Source: Bacteroides sp. (lineage in GTDB: Bacteria > Bacteroidota > Bacteroidia > Bacteroidales > SM23-62). Taken from it: DNA of 28,266 bases. The notes beneath the pieces are model-generated. The model worked only from the letters and a program-made list of their open reading frames with translations, ran no database searches and was not told where the DNA came from. Each line of letters opens with the position of its first letter. Within the stretch, counting starts at the first letter, position 1. The stretch covers positions 1 to 28,266 of the forward strand of contig JAUUZM010000001.1 in assembly GCA_030589965.1 (NCBI GenBank). Direction: 5' to 3'. The position numbers and the translations under genes were made by a program. Positions 1 through 10,163 of the stretch are shown here, piece after piece.

Positions 1-1368
1 CAGACTCTCAGGGATTCCAAAAAGGCAAGATGGACTGCTCTGGTTATAATGTCCTTCACCATGTTTGCAGGATACGCGTTCACAGAAGTGATCTCTCCCT
101 TGAAACCTATTATGGAACGTTCCCTTGGAATGAACAGTACGGATTATGGATTTATAACAAGTGCATATGGAGTATTTAATGTATTCCTTTTTATGCTGAT
201 AATTGTCGGCATTTTCCTCGATAAGTTTGGAATACGGGTTAGCACCATCGCATCTGTTTTAGTAATGATTGCCGGTGGAATTATTAAGTATGCTGCCTTT
301 AAGGGATTGATTGGAAGTCCGGAAGAAATGATTTCAATTTTCAATTTGCAGTTATCAACACAGGTTTTCTGGGCCGGATTCGGATTTGCACTCTTTGGAG
401 TTGGGGTTGAATATGCAGGTATAACGGTTTCAAAATCTGTAGTAAAATGGTTTAAAGGAAGAGAAATGGCCTTAGCCATGGGTATGCAGGTTTCCATTGC
501 CCGAATGGGATCGTTTGTACCCCTCGCATTTGGGGCAAAAATTGCCAGTAAATACGATGTGCCAACTACTATATTAATTGTTGTGTGCTTTTTAATCCTG
601 GGCTTATTTGGATTCCTGTATTACAACACCATGGATAAGAAATTGGACAGTCAAATCGCAGATGAATTAGACAAATCCGGTGATGATGAGTTTAAAATTT
701 CTGATATAATGGTAATTATTGGAAACCGTGGTTTTTGGCTAATTGCTTTTTTATGTGTCTTCTTCTATTCAACCGTATTCCCTTTTTATAAATACGGACC
801 TGACTTAATGGTAAATAAATTTGGAGTTAGTGAAATGTGGGCCGGTGTTTTTCCCAGTTTAGTACCCCTTGGTACCATGTTGTTAACCCCTGTTTTTGGA
901 AGTCTATACGATAAAAGAGGGAAAGGTGCTTCTATAATGATCTTGGGTGCTGTTCTTCTGATTATTGTACATGTTATTTTTTACATACCGTTTGTTACCA
1001 GTATGGTAGCAGCCTTTTTTAATGTTATACTTCTGGGTATTGCATTTTCATTAGTACCGTCTGCGATGTGGCCCTCTGTTCCGAAAATTATTCCTGAAAA
1101 ACAATTGGGAAGTGCATTCGCTTTGATTTTCTGGGTCCAGAATTTTGGATTATGGGGAGTTCCTTTGTTGGTTGGAATTGTTCTGGATAAAACTAATCCG
1201 GGAGTTGCTGAGGCAAAAAATGCAGGAGAAATGGTAAACTATGACTATCAGTCAACCTGGACCATCTTTGTTGTTCTTACAGTTTTGGCCTTACTTACTT
1301 CTTTCTGGTTAAAGGCAGAAGACAAGCGTAAAGGATACGGACTCGAATTGCCAAATATTAAAAAATAA
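1..1368 (+). CDS. MFS transporter, MFSD1-like; 5'-truncated by window edge
   Basis: Frame is open from nt 1 (QTLRDSKKARWTALVI) into the ORF-track start at 49, so the true start probably lies upstream. About 12 hydrophobic segments, MFS loop motifs GIFLDKFG and GSLYDKRG, and WFKGREMALAMGMQVSIARMGS resembling MFSD1. Confidence 0.9.
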   Translation, partial: QTLRDSKKARWTALVIMSFTMFAGYAFTEVISPLKPIMERSLGMNSTDYGFITSAYGVFNVFLFMLIIVGIFLDKFGIRVSTIASVLVMIAGGIIKYAAFKGLIGSPEEMISIFNLQLSTQVFWAGFGFALFGVGVEYAGITVSKSVVKWFKGREMALAMGMQVSIARMGSFVPLAFGAKIASKYDVPTTILIVVCFLILGLFGFLYYNTMDKKLDSQIADELDKSGDDEFKISDIMVIIGNRGFWLIAFLCVFFYSTVFPFYKYGPDLMVNKFGVSEMWAGVFPSLVPLGTMLLTPVFGSLYDKRGKGASIMILGAVLLIIVHVIFYIPFVTSMVAAFFNVILLGIAFSLVPSAMWPSVPKIIPEKQLGSAFALIFWVQNFGLWGVPLLVGIVLDKTNPGVAEAKNAGEMVNYDYQSTWTIFVVLTVLALLTSFWLKAEDKRKGYGLELPNIKK

Positions 1369-1374
1369 AAAGAA

Positions 1375-2835
1375 ATGAGCGCAGAAATAAAAAATCTTGA
1401 TCCCGCTGCCATGTGGGAGATCTTTTATGAGTTAACACAAATCCCAAGGCCCTCAAAGAAGGAAGAAAAAGCTGCTGAGTATGCAAAAGCTTTTGGTGAA
1501 AAACTGGGACTTGAAACCATCGTTGATACGGCTGGAAATATCATTATTAAGAAGCCCGCAAGTCCGGGGTATGAAAACCGCATAGGAGTCATCCTTCAAG
1601 GACATTTAGATATGGTGCCCCAGAAGAACTCGGATACCGATCACGATTTTGAGAAGGATCCCATCGAAGCCTACATTGATGGGGAATGGGTGACTGCAAA
1701 GGGAACCACCCTGGGAGCGGACAATGGAATGGGAGTGGCTGCTGCACTTGCTGTCATGCAGGATACAACACTGAAGCATGGTGCGGTTGAAGCTCTTTTA
1801 ACCATTGATGAAGAAACCGGAATGACCGGTGCCTTTGAACTTCAGCATGGAATCCTTAAGGGGAAGATCCTAATGAATCTTGATTCGGAGGATGAAGGGG
1901 AATTATACATAGGTTGTGCAGGTGGAATAGATGTCAGTGGCAAGCTGAGTTATTCTGAGGAAGCTGTGGAGGATGGTTCTGTTGCATTCCGGCTTTCTCT
2001 CGCCGGACTGAAAGGGGGGCATTCCGGACTGGATATTAATCTGGGAAGGGGAAACTCGAACCTTCTTCTGTGCCGCTTCATGTCTGATGCCGTTCAAAAA
2101 TTTGGGATGAGGCTTGCTGAATTCGAAGGGGGAAGCCTGAGAAATGCCATCCCTCGCGAATCTTTTGCAGTTGTTTGTGTGCCAGCTTCAGAAAAGGATG
2201 GATTTCTGTCTGCTGTCAGTGAGTATGAATCCACTTTCAAAAATGAACTGGGCAGCGTCGAACCCAGTCTCTCTTTTACAGCTGAACCGGCAGATCTTCC
2301 CGGAAGAATTATCGATAAAGCAGTCCAGGATAAACTGATTGGCATTGTATATGGTGCACCCAACGGGGTGATTCGTATGAGTGCTGATATGCCAGGGGTG
2401 GTGGAGAGCTCCTCTAACCTGGCCATTGTGAAAACCGGAAACGGGAGCATTGATATTCTTTGCCTGATCAGGAGTTCTGTGGATACTGCAAAGGACAGCC
2501 TGGCTTATTCCATTAAATCAGTGATGGAGCTGGCAGGAGCAGAGGTCACCCTTGGCGGGAGTTACCCCGGATGGAAACCTGATGTTGATTCTCCTATCCT
2601 GGTAAGCATGAAAAAGGTTTACGAGAGGGATTTCGGTAAGGTACCTGAGGTAAAGGTTATTCATGCCGGACTCGAATGTGGAATTATCGGGGATGCCTAT
2701 CCCGGACTGGATATGATTTCTTTCGGTCCAACTATTCGTTTCCCTCACTCTCCTGACGAGAAGGTTCATATTGCCAGTGTGAAGAAGTTCTGGGATTACC
2801 TGGTATTGACACTTGAAGAAATTCCGGTAGCCTGA
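1375..2835 (+). CDS. pepD: Aminoacyl-histidine dipeptidase (cytosol non-specific dipeptidase, peptidase M20C)
   Basis: Motifs QGHLDMV, TTLGADNG, DEETG, NLDSEDEG, HAGLECG, SFGP, HSPDE; 486 aa is typical. Confidence 0.95.
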   Translation: MSAEIKNLDPAAMWEIFYELTQIPRPSKKEEKAAEYAKAFGEKLGLETIVDTAGNIIIKKPASPGYENRIGVILQGHLDMVPQKNSDTDHDFEKDPIEAYIDGEWVTAKGTTLGADNGMGVAAALAVMQDTTLKHGAVEALLTIDEETGMTGAFELQHGILKGKILMNLDSEDEGELYIGCAGGIDVSGKLSYSEEAVEDGSVAFRLSLAGLKGGHSGLDINLGRGNSNLLLCRFMSDAVQKFGMRLAEFEGGSLRNAIPRESFAVVCVPASEKDGFLSAVSEYESTFKNELGSVEPSLSFTAEPADLPGRIIDKAVQDKLIGIVYGAPNGVIRMSADMPGVVESSSNLAIVKTGNGSIDILCLIRSSVDTAKDSLAYSIKSVMELAGAEVTLGGSYPGWKPDVDSPILVSMKKVYERDFGKVPEVKVIHAGLECGIIGDAYPGLDMISFGPTIRFPHSPDEKVHIASVKKFWDYLVLTLEEIPVA

Positions 2836-2864
2836 CTGGCTTTCAAATGAATCTTTTAGAAGAA

Positions 2865-5231
2865 TCAGTCTGTGGTTGAAATGCTGACAGTGAAATTGTC
2901 GATGAGGATATCTTTAGAGGTAGCATTGAAAAGATAAACTTTTAGCAGGGTTTTCTGTGGATGGACTGACAGGTCACATTCCAGGGCATTGAATATATGG
3001 TTCCTGCTGCTATTATCAATATTCTGTTCTCGAAGGTTAATGGAATGGTATTCCAATATTTCATCTTTTGTTTCAATTGATATTACATAGGGTAGTTTAT
3101 CTTTCTCTGCCTTTGCCCATAAACTGGATCTGATATGAATGCTAGCCGGCCAGAGGCTGTCAAGGGGCATGGTAAAGGTTGGAGAATATTCCTCCGGCTC
3201 AATTTTATAGCTAAAAGCTTCATGACGGGAGTCCGGCAGGAAACGCAGTGATTTTAGGTTTTGCCAGTTTTTATTGAGTCCCCCATAACTTAGCTTATCA
3301 CTCATCAGATTAGATTCCTCAAAAACACTGTCCATTTGGAAGAATGAATAAATACTGGAATCAGAATCATCTTCAAAATCGGTAAGCTCCCATTCAATCT
3401 TGATTTTCTTTTTATGGAATCTCATATTCGAACTCCGAAACATAATACTGTCCACTGAAGGACCCCAATTACCTGAAACAGGATCGAACAGGAATGGATT
3501 TAGCCATATCCCATCCCTGGCGTTTTTTGGTACAATCCTGTATTTTAGAATATTACCGTCGCTCAGCTTCAGGTATACATGTGAACTCTCATCCTTGTAC
3601 AGGAAGCTTTTTATTTTACCGGGCAGGTTGTTCCTGATTTTCGTTTTTGCCCTCAACAGATCCCCTTTGATTTCAGGTAATCCTATCCATTCATCCCATT
3701 GGCTTATGCCTGAACCCTCAGGATTTATTTTGACTGGAATGGACTGCTCCCGTTTTTTAAGAACCAGGAATGAGTTGTCCTTATAATACCCATGATAATT
3801 ACTGATCATACTCAGCATGGTTTTGGGTTCATCATTCAATAAATACCTGTTGTCAATACTTTCAGCCGAACCTCCGTTTAAGTCCCTTGTTGTCTTATTT
3901 AAATCCCATACAATGAACAGGGGTGCATTCTCTGAGCTGAAATGATCTGCATTTTGTTTATCCAGCCACGGAGTGTATGAGGCGTAGCTGTGAATAACCG
4001 GCCTTGGAGTCCAGTTCAATTCATTGGCCGGAATAATGGAATAATCCCAGGGATAGACATCAACCAATGAATTTCCGATCTCTTTAAGCAGATTTTCCGG
4101 AAGCCGGTTTGAAGCGAGGTTTCTTTTTGTTTCTGAGTCGGCTGATTTTTGGATTTCTGTGAAATTACCCCTGAACTCGAAGAAGTTATTTATAGCGAAA
4201 AACTCAGTATGAGATGGGAAGAAGGAGGGGAGTCGGCTGATATTCAGATAAAAAGTTGATAATCCAATGCAAATCAGGATAAAATTTAATAGGATGTTCT
4301 TTTTGTTGAAAACCAGGAATAATGCCATTAGCATGAAAACATATATGAAGAAATTTCTGACATGATAAATTTCTTCTCTGGCCATACCATGTTTCCATGC
4401 CAGGAAAATGCTCAGTGTTAGCAAGAGGCCAAAGTACCTGCCTTCCCGGTTTCTCTGAATGAATGGTATGGGTATGATGCACAACAGAAATATTATAATC
4501 AGCATCCAGTTATTATCAGGGTAATATGCCGCTGCAGCAGAATTGTCAGAAGCAAGGTTTAACATACCAATGAAATAGTGGAAGAACCCCTCAAGGGTTT
4601 GATACATTATGAACCAGGTCAGGTATAGTGTGACAAAAAAGAGAACACTATCCCTGGCCAGGGATATCCAGTTTTTATTCCGGCTGTACTCCAATATAAG
4701 GAATGAAACGCTTATTGCGACAGAGATTGTCGCCACATAAGCTTTTACATAGCATGCAAAAACCGTAAGGATAAGTCCCAGATATTTATAGTAATTCTTT
4801 TCGTTGTTAAAATAATTGAGATAGAGAATAATTATATTGACCAGTATCAACAGGAGAAAGCCGAGAAGATTTAGTAGGACCACGGACAATAAAATGGGCA
4901 GAAGTGCATCCTTTTTATTATATGTCCTGCAAAGTTCGAACAGGCCGAAGATCATACCAAACTGAAGCAGTCCGGTTACAATATATGCGACAAGTAGATT
5001 TGCATGCATGGGGTAACTGAAAAATACCAGCGGTCCATGAGGAAAAATAATATGGATACCCTGGCCGAGTCCGGTTTCAAACAAATAATTAAACACCCAT
5101 CTCAATGGAGAGTCAATGCCTATGGAAAATGCAAGATCGGGAGGTCGGAAACTTATAAGGATGAGAAGCAGGGCAATAAGGATCCTGCTTATTAGATTGA
5201 TCTGTGGATTATATCTTTCAGATACAGGCAT
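2865..5231 (-). CDS. Uncharacterised polytopic membrane protein with large extracytoplasmic C-terminal region (putative GT-C-fold glycosyltransferase-like)
   Basis: 788-aa ORF. The N-terminal ~335 aa hold many TM segments with an early loop GIDSP...FPHGPL; the soluble region has VDVYPWD and NWTPRPVIHSYASYTPWLD. The start overlaps the metF stop (TGATG). The function call is inference; the CDS itself is well supported. Confidence 0.6.
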   Translation of the reverse strand: MPVSERYNPQINLISRILIALLLILISFRPPDLAFSIGIDSPLRWVFNYLFETGLGQGIHIIFPHGPLVFFSYPMHANLLVAYIVTGLLQFGMIFGLFELCRTYNKKDALLPILLSVVLLNLLGFLLLILVNIIILYLNYFNNEKNYYKYLGLILTVFACYVKAYVATISVAISVSFLILEYSRNKNWISLARDSVLFFVTLYLTWFIMYQTLEGFFHYFIGMLNLASDNSAAAAYYPDNNWMLIIIFLLCIIPIPFIQRNREGRYFGLLLTLSIFLAWKHGMAREEIYHVRNFFIYVFMLMALFLVFNKKNILLNFILICIGLSTFYLNISRLPSFFPSHTEFFAINNFFEFRGNFTEIQKSADSETKRNLASNRLPENLLKEIGNSLVDVYPWDYSIIPANELNWTPRPVIHSYASYTPWLDKQNADHFSSENAPLFIVWDLNKTTRDLNGGSAESIDNRYLLNDEPKTMLSMISNYHGYYKDNSFLVLKKREQSIPVKINPEGSGISQWDEWIGLPEIKGDLLRAKTKIRNNLPGKIKSFLYKDESSHVYLKLSDGNILKYRIVPKNARDGIWLNPFLFDPVSGNWGPSVDSIMFRSSNMRFHKKKIKIEWELTDFEDDSDSSIYSFFQMDSVFEESNLMSDKLSYGGLNKNWQNLKSLRFLPDSRHEAFSYKIEPEEYSPTFTMPLDSLWPASIHIRSSLWAKAEKDKLPYVISIETKDEILEYHSINLREQNIDNSSRNHIFNALECDLSVHPQKTLLKVYLFNATSKDILIDNFTVSISTTD

Positions 5232-6184
5232 CAGAACACCTCTCTGGCAATTGCCCTGACGTTATCTGAGAGCCCCAGGGAATAGAAATGGATTACCGGG
5301 ACATCTCTGGCTTTTAGTTCTTTAGCCTGTACAATTCCCCATTCAATACCTACCTGCCTTGCAGCCTGGGTATCTTTGCATTTTTTAAGTTCCGTAACAA
5401 GTTCCACCGGCATCTCAATACTAAATGTCTGCGGGAGGAGATGAAGGTCATTAAGGAAGGTAATGGGTTTGATTCCCGGTATGATAGGAACCTTTATCCC
5501 TTCGCCCCTGCATAGATCTACAAAGTCAAAATACTTCTTATTGTCGAAAAACATTTGGGTAACGATATAATCTGCCCCGGCGTCAACTTTTTCTTTCAGG
5601 TATTGCAAATCAGATTTCATATTCGGGGCCTCAAAATGCTTCTCCGGGTAACCTGCAACTGCTACAGAAAAATCTGTAGGATTGGTGTTCACCTGCTCAT
5701 CCTCCAGGTAAATTCCCTTGTTCATATTTACGATTTGAGTTACAAGATCAACCGCCTGTCCATTTCCGCCAGGCTCAGGTATAAACCTTTTCTCCCCTCT
5801 TGGGGGATCCCCTCTGAGAGCCAATAGGTTATGGATTTCTAAGTAATTAAGGTCTATGAGTGCATCTTCGGTCTCTTCTCTGGTGAATGCTCCGCAAATC
5901 AAATGGGGTACCACCGTGATATTATACTTATGTTTAATGGCCGCCGATATGGCAACTGTTCCCGGGCGCTTTCTGACAATTTTCTTTTCAATTAAATTCT
6001 TTTTGATGGCTTTATAAGCTACCTCATGCTGATGGTAGGTAATATTAATATTGATAGGATTGAACTCTATCAATGGGTCAATCGCTCTGTAAAGCTTTTC
6101 TATACTGTTTCCTTTTACGGGTGGTAGTAATTCAAATGAAAAAAGGGATACTTTTGCATTTTTAATCTGGTCAATTACTTTCAT
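5231..6184 (-). CDS. metF: 5,10-methylenetetrahydrofolate reductase
   Basis: SFELLPP, LALRGDPP, VAGYPEKH, KVDAGADYIVTQMFFD; directly downstream of metH. Confidence 0.95.
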   Translation of the reverse strand: MKVIDQIKNAKVSLFSFELLPPVKGNSIEKLYRAIDPLIEFNPININITYHQHEVAYKAIKKNLIEKKIVRKRPGTVAISAAIKHKYNITVVPHLICGAFTREETEDALIDLNYLEIHNLLALRGDPPRGEKRFIPEPGGNGQAVDLVTQIVNMNKGIYLEDEQVNTNPTDFSVAVAGYPEKHFEAPNMKSDLQYLKEKVDAGADYIVTQMFFDNKKYFDFVDLCRGEGIKVPIIPGIKPITFLNDLHLLPQTFSIEMPVELVTELKKCKDTQAARQVGIEWGIVQAKELKARDVPVIHFYSLGLSDNVRAIAREVF

Positions 6185-6235
6185 TACGGATCGGGATTTG
6201 TTATCAGATTTCCCAGGAAATCCAGATGGCCTAAG

Positions 6236-9200
6236 TTATTTATAATTAAGGTTACTTGCCAGCCATTTTTCAACATTCTTGAGGTCTGTTCCTTTGCGCT
6301 GTGCATAATCCTCAGCCTGGTCCTTAGCTATTTTTCCTACGAAAAAGTATCTGGATTCAGGATTTGCAAATATCAATCCGCTTACCGAGGCGGCAGGAAA
6401 CATTGAATGACTTTCTGTCAATGAGATACCTGTTTTTTCGGTGACTTCCAGCAGCTTAAACAGGGTCTCTTTTTCAGAATGGTCCGGGCAGGCTGGGTAT
6501 CCGTGGGCAGGTCTTATCCCCTGGTATTTTTCCAGAATAAGATCTTCAAGGTTTAATTTTTCTTGTGGATTATATCCCCATAATTCCTGGCGCACTTTGA
6601 CGTGCAGCAATTCTGTAAATGCCTCGGCGAGACGATCTGCCAGGGCTTTTAGCATGATGCTGCTGTAATCATCGTGATCTTCCTGGAACTTTTTTATTTG
6701 TTCCTCAATTCCCAGTCCGGCTGTGACAGCAAAGGCCCCAAGATAATCGATCTTTCCACTTTCACGGGGTGCCAGAAAATCGGAAAGACAAAGATTCGGG
6801 GCTTTTTTGTCTTTTTTGGACTGTGATCTGAGGTTTTTAAATGTTGCCAGTACCTCGGTACGGTTTTCATCTGAGTAAACTTCGATATCATCACCAACTG
6901 AATTGGCAGGGAAAAAGCCAACGACACCGCGAGCTTTCAGTATTTTATTTTCTTCTACCCAGTCCAGCATACCCAGGGCATCATCATATAATTTCCTGGC
7001 TTCCTCACCCTGCCTGGGATCTTCCAGGATATCAGGCCACTTCCCCCTGAGCTGCCAAACAAGAAAGAAGAATATCCAGCTGATGTACTCCCTGATTTCT
7101 CCAATGGGAAAATCATCAAAAACCCGTATTCCCAGTTCAGCGGGTTTGTAGAAAGGGGAGTTGGACCAGTCAATCTTCAGAGCGTTTCTGCGTGCATCTT
7201 CCAGTGAGAGGTATTCCACCTGGCTGCCTGCACTTTTATAGTTTTCCCTCAGCTCCTTGTATTCATTTCGGATCTGTTCAACGAAGTCTGTTTTTTTTGT
7301 CTTGGAAAGTAATTGGGAGGCTACCGTTACACTTCTTGATGCATCCTTAACGTGTATTACAGGGCTGGAATAATGCTGTTCGATTTTTACAGCAGTATGT
7401 ATTTTGGATGTTGTGGCACCCCCGATCAGCAGAGGTATATCCAATCCATTTCTCTCCATTTCTGAGGCCATATGGACCATCTCTTCAAGCGACGGAGTGA
7501 TCAGTCCGCTGAGTCCAATGATATCTGCTTTCTCTTCAATGGCTGTTTGTATGATTTTCTCAGCCGGCACCATTACTCCCAGATCCTGGATCTCATAATT
7601 ATTACAGGCCAGGACCACACCGACTATGTTCTTCCCAATGTCGTGAACATCGCCTTTTACCGTGGCCATGAGGATCTTACCTGCTGTACTGATGTCACCA
7701 GATATCAATTTCTCCTCCTCGATGAAGGGCAATAGAACAGCTACAGCTTTTTTCATGACACGGGCTGATTTCACTACCTGGGGGAGAAACATTTTTCCTT
7801 CTCCAAACAGATCTCCAACGACATTCATCCCATCCATCAGTGGACCTTCGATGACCTCCAGAGCAGCTTTATATTCTCCCCTGGCTTCAAGGGTATCCTC
7901 CTCAATATGGTCAACTACTCCCTTTACAAGGGCGTGTCTCAGTCTTTCCTGTACAGAGGTTTCCCTCCATTCATCAATTTTAACTTCTTTGACGTCCTTT
8001 TGCTGAATGGTTTCGGCATGTTTTATCAGACGGTCGGTTGCATCATCTCTTCGGTTCAAAATTACGTCCTCTACCAGTTCCAGAAGATCATCCGGGATCT
8101 CATCATATACCTGCAACATTCCAGGATTTACAATTCCCATATCCAATCCAGCCTGGATAGCATGATACAGGAAAGCAGAATGCATGGCTTCGCGAACCAT
8201 GTTATTTCCCCGGAAGGAAAATGAAAGATTGCTGATCCCGCCTGAAACCCTTGCCATTGGAAGATTTTCCTTAATCCAGCGAACAGTACGAATATAATCC
8301 ACCGCATAATTATTATGCTCCTCGATCCCGGTAGCAACCGTGAGAATATTTGGATCAAAAATTATGTCTTCAGGAGGAAACCCCACATCCTCGGTCAATA
8401 TCCTGTAGGCCCGCTGACAGATTTCTATTTTTCGTTCAAATCCGGCTGCCTGGCCTTTTTCATCGAAAGCCATGACAATGGTAGCAGCACCGTAATTCCG
8501 GATTTTACCAGCCTGTTTTTTGAAGGCATCTTCTCCCTCCTTAAGGCTGATAGAATTCACAATTGCCCTGCCTTGCAAACATTTCAATCCCCCTTCAATG
8601 ACTGTCCATTTACTGGAATCTATCATTATGGGGAGTTTCGCGATGTCTGGTTCTGACATCAGAAGATTCAGGAAATTGACCATTTCCTTCTCTGTATCAA
8701 GCATGGCATCATCCAGATTCACATCGATGATTTGGGCTCCACCTTCGACCTGGTCACGGGCGATGCTGAGAGCTTCCTCGTATTTTTCTTCCCGGATAAG
8801 GCGGGCAAATTTTCTGGAACCGCTGACGTTTGTACGTTCACCAATATTAATAAAATTACTACCAGGGTATATGGTAAGGGCTTCCAGACCACTGAGCTTG
8901 AGTCCTCTTTCCACTAGCGGGGGAACCCTTCCTGCTGCATTATCTGCCACATTTCTGAACGCTTCAATATGCTCTGGTCTTGTACCACAGCAACCACCTA
9001 TAATATTGACAAAACCATTATCTGTAAAATCTTTTAGATAGGAGGCCATTTCTTCGGGTCCCTGGTCATACTCCCCGAACTGATTGGGGAGTCCGGCGTT
9101 AGGATAAACGCTCACATAATGATCCGTTTTACCCGAAAGTTCTTCAAGGTATGGTCTCATTTCAACCGCTCCAAGACTGCAATTCAGTCCAACTGCCAAA

Positions 9201-9964
9201 ACATCAAGGTGGCTGATTGAATGAATGAATGCTTCCAGGGTTTGGCCTGAGAGGGTTCTGCCGCTGGCATCGGTAATGGTACCTGAAATAATCACAGGTA
9301 CTGTCCTTCCAATCTCCCTGAAAAGAGTTTCCAGGGCAAATATGGCAGCCTTTGCATTCAGGGTGTCAAAAATTGTCTCGACTGCGAGAAGATCAGATCC
9401 CCCATCTATCAAGCCTTTGGCCTGTTCTTTATAGGCTGCAGCAAGGTCATCAAAGCTGACTGCCCGAAAACCGGGATTATTTACATCGGGGGAGAGGGAA
9501 GCAGTCTTATTGGTGGGGCCCATAGCCCCGGCCACATATCTTGGCCATGAAGGATCCTTCGCTGTATATTTATCTGCGGCTCGCCTGGCCAGTATGGCAG
9601 AGTCCCTATTTATCTCGTAAACAATGCTTTCCAGATGATAATCAGCCTGAGAAAACCGGTTCGAATTAAAGGTATTAGTTTCAATTATATCCGCCCCTGC
9701 TTCAAGGTATTTTTCATGAATATCCTCGATAATTTCCGGTATTGTTAAAGATAGGAGGTCATTATTTCCTTTCAGATCATGGGGAAAATTTGTAAACCTG
9801 CTACCCCTAAAATCTGATTCGGTAAGACCGTATTCCTGGATCAATGAACCCATGGCCCCGTCCATAACCAGCACATTGTTTTTAAGTGACTGATAAATAG
9901 GGTGTTCCTTTACTGATTCGGCTTTTGGTGAACCCATTGAAAGGTCCTTGTCTTGTTTTTCCAT
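6236..9964 (-). CDS. metH: Cobalamin-dependent methionine synthase
   Basis: Full four-module layout: DGAMG and GGCCGT (homocysteine/Zn domain), NIGERTNV (pterin domain), [11 protein letters not shown] (B12 His ligand), [12 protein letters not shown] (reactivation domain). An alternative start at 9937 is possible. Confidence 0.98.
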   Translation of the reverse strand: MEKQDKDLSMGSPKAESVKEHPIYQSLKNNVLVMDGAMGSLIQEYGLTESDFRGSRFTNFPHDLKGNNDLLSLTIPEIIEDIHEKYLEAGADIIETNTFNSNRFSQADYHLESIVYEINRDSAILARRAADKYTAKDPSWPRYVAGAMGPTNKTASLSPDVNNPGFRAVSFDDLAAAYKEQAKGLIDGGSDLLAVETIFDTLNAKAAIFALETLFREIGRTVPVIISGTITDASGRTLSGQTLEAFIHSISHLDVLAVGLNCSLGAVEMRPYLEELSGKTDHYVSVYPNAGLPNQFGEYDQGPEEMASYLKDFTDNGFVNIIGGCCGTRPEHIEAFRNVADNAAGRVPPLVERGLKLSGLEALTIYPGSNFINIGERTNVSGSRKFARLIREEKYEEALSIARDQVEGGAQIIDVNLDDAMLDTEKEMVNFLNLLMSEPDIAKLPIMIDSSKWTVIEGGLKCLQGRAIVNSISLKEGEDAFKKQAGKIRNYGAATIVMAFDEKGQAAGFERKIEICQRAYRILTEDVGFPPEDIIFDPNILTVATGIEEHNNYAVDYIRTVRWIKENLPMARVSGGISNLSFSFRGNNMVREAMHSAFLYHAIQAGLDMGIVNPGMLQVYDEIPDDLLELVEDVILNRRDDATDRLIKHAETIQQKDVKEVKIDEWRETSVQERLRHALVKGVVDHIEEDTLEARGEYKAALEVIEGPLMDGMNVVGDLFGEGKMFLPQVVKSARVMKKAVAVLLPFIEEEKLISGDISTAGKILMATVKGDVHDIGKNIVGVVLACNNYEIQDLGVMVPAEKIIQTAIEEKADIIGLSGLITPSLEEMVHMASEMERNGLDIPLLIGGATTSKIHTAVKIEQHYSSPVIHVKDASRSVTVASQLLSKTKKTDFVEQIRNEYKELRENYKSAGSQVEYLSLEDARRNALKIDWSNSPFYKPAELGIRVFDDFPIGEIREYISWIFFFLVWQLRGKWPDILEDPRQGEEARKLYDDALGMLDWVEENKILKARGVVGFFPANSVGDDIEVYSDENRTEVLATFKNLRSQSKKDKKAPNLCLSDFLAPRESGKIDYLGAFAVTAGLGIEEQIKKFQEDHDDYSSIMLKALADRLAEAFTELLHVKVRQELWGYNPQEKLNLEDLILEKYQGIRPAHGYPACPDHSEKETLFKLLEVTEKTGISLTESHSMFPAASVSGLIFANPESRYFFVGKIAKDQAEDYAQRKGTDLKNVEKWLASNLNYK

Positions 9965-9984
9965 GTCGCAGATGATAAGCGTTT

Positions 9985-10089
9985 AAATTATAATTCCCTC
10001 TTCGGGCCAGGTATTAGCACCTTTTCCCATAATAGGGATGGTTGCTAGAAGTTCCATGAGCCTGGTCTCTCCCCTCTTCTGTATAATCC
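9985..10089 (-). ncRNA. SAM-I (S-box) riboswitch aptamer upstream of metH-metF
   Basis: Minus strand reads GGAUUAUA-CAGAAGAGGGGAGAGACCAGGCUCAUGGAACUUCU-AGCAACC-AUCCCUAUUAUGGGAAAA-GGUGCU-AAUA-CCUGG-CCCGAAGAGGG-AAU-UAUAAUUU. P1 is GGAUUAUA/UAUAAUUU, P3 core is AGCAACC/GGUGCU, the pseudoknot is CCAGG/CCUGG and P4 is CCC/GGG. It lies upstream of methionine genes. Confidence 0.92.
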
Positions 10090-10131
10090 AAACACTCCAA
10101 TTGAATTGTTATGGAGGGCGGATTCAGGCTG

Positions 10132-10163
10132 CAAAGTTAATAATAATTTAGAATCATTCCAAA
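10132..10163 (-). promoter_or_regulatory. Bacteroidota housekeeping promoter for the SAM-I/metH transcript
   Basis: Minus strand TTTG (10163-10160), 20-nt spacer, TAACTTTG (10139-10132): exact match to the TTTG-N19-21-TAnnTTTG consensus. Confidence 0.8.

Noticed and set aside
8520-9041. 173-aa + strand ORF and the other small ORFs inside metH
   Set aside because: Antisense or out-of-frame shadows of a conserved gene, with no recognisable motifs.
9965-10163. Cobalamin riboswitch upstream of B12-dependent metH
   Set aside because: No B12-box motif seen; the region is explained by a promoter, a hairpin and a SAM-I aptamer.
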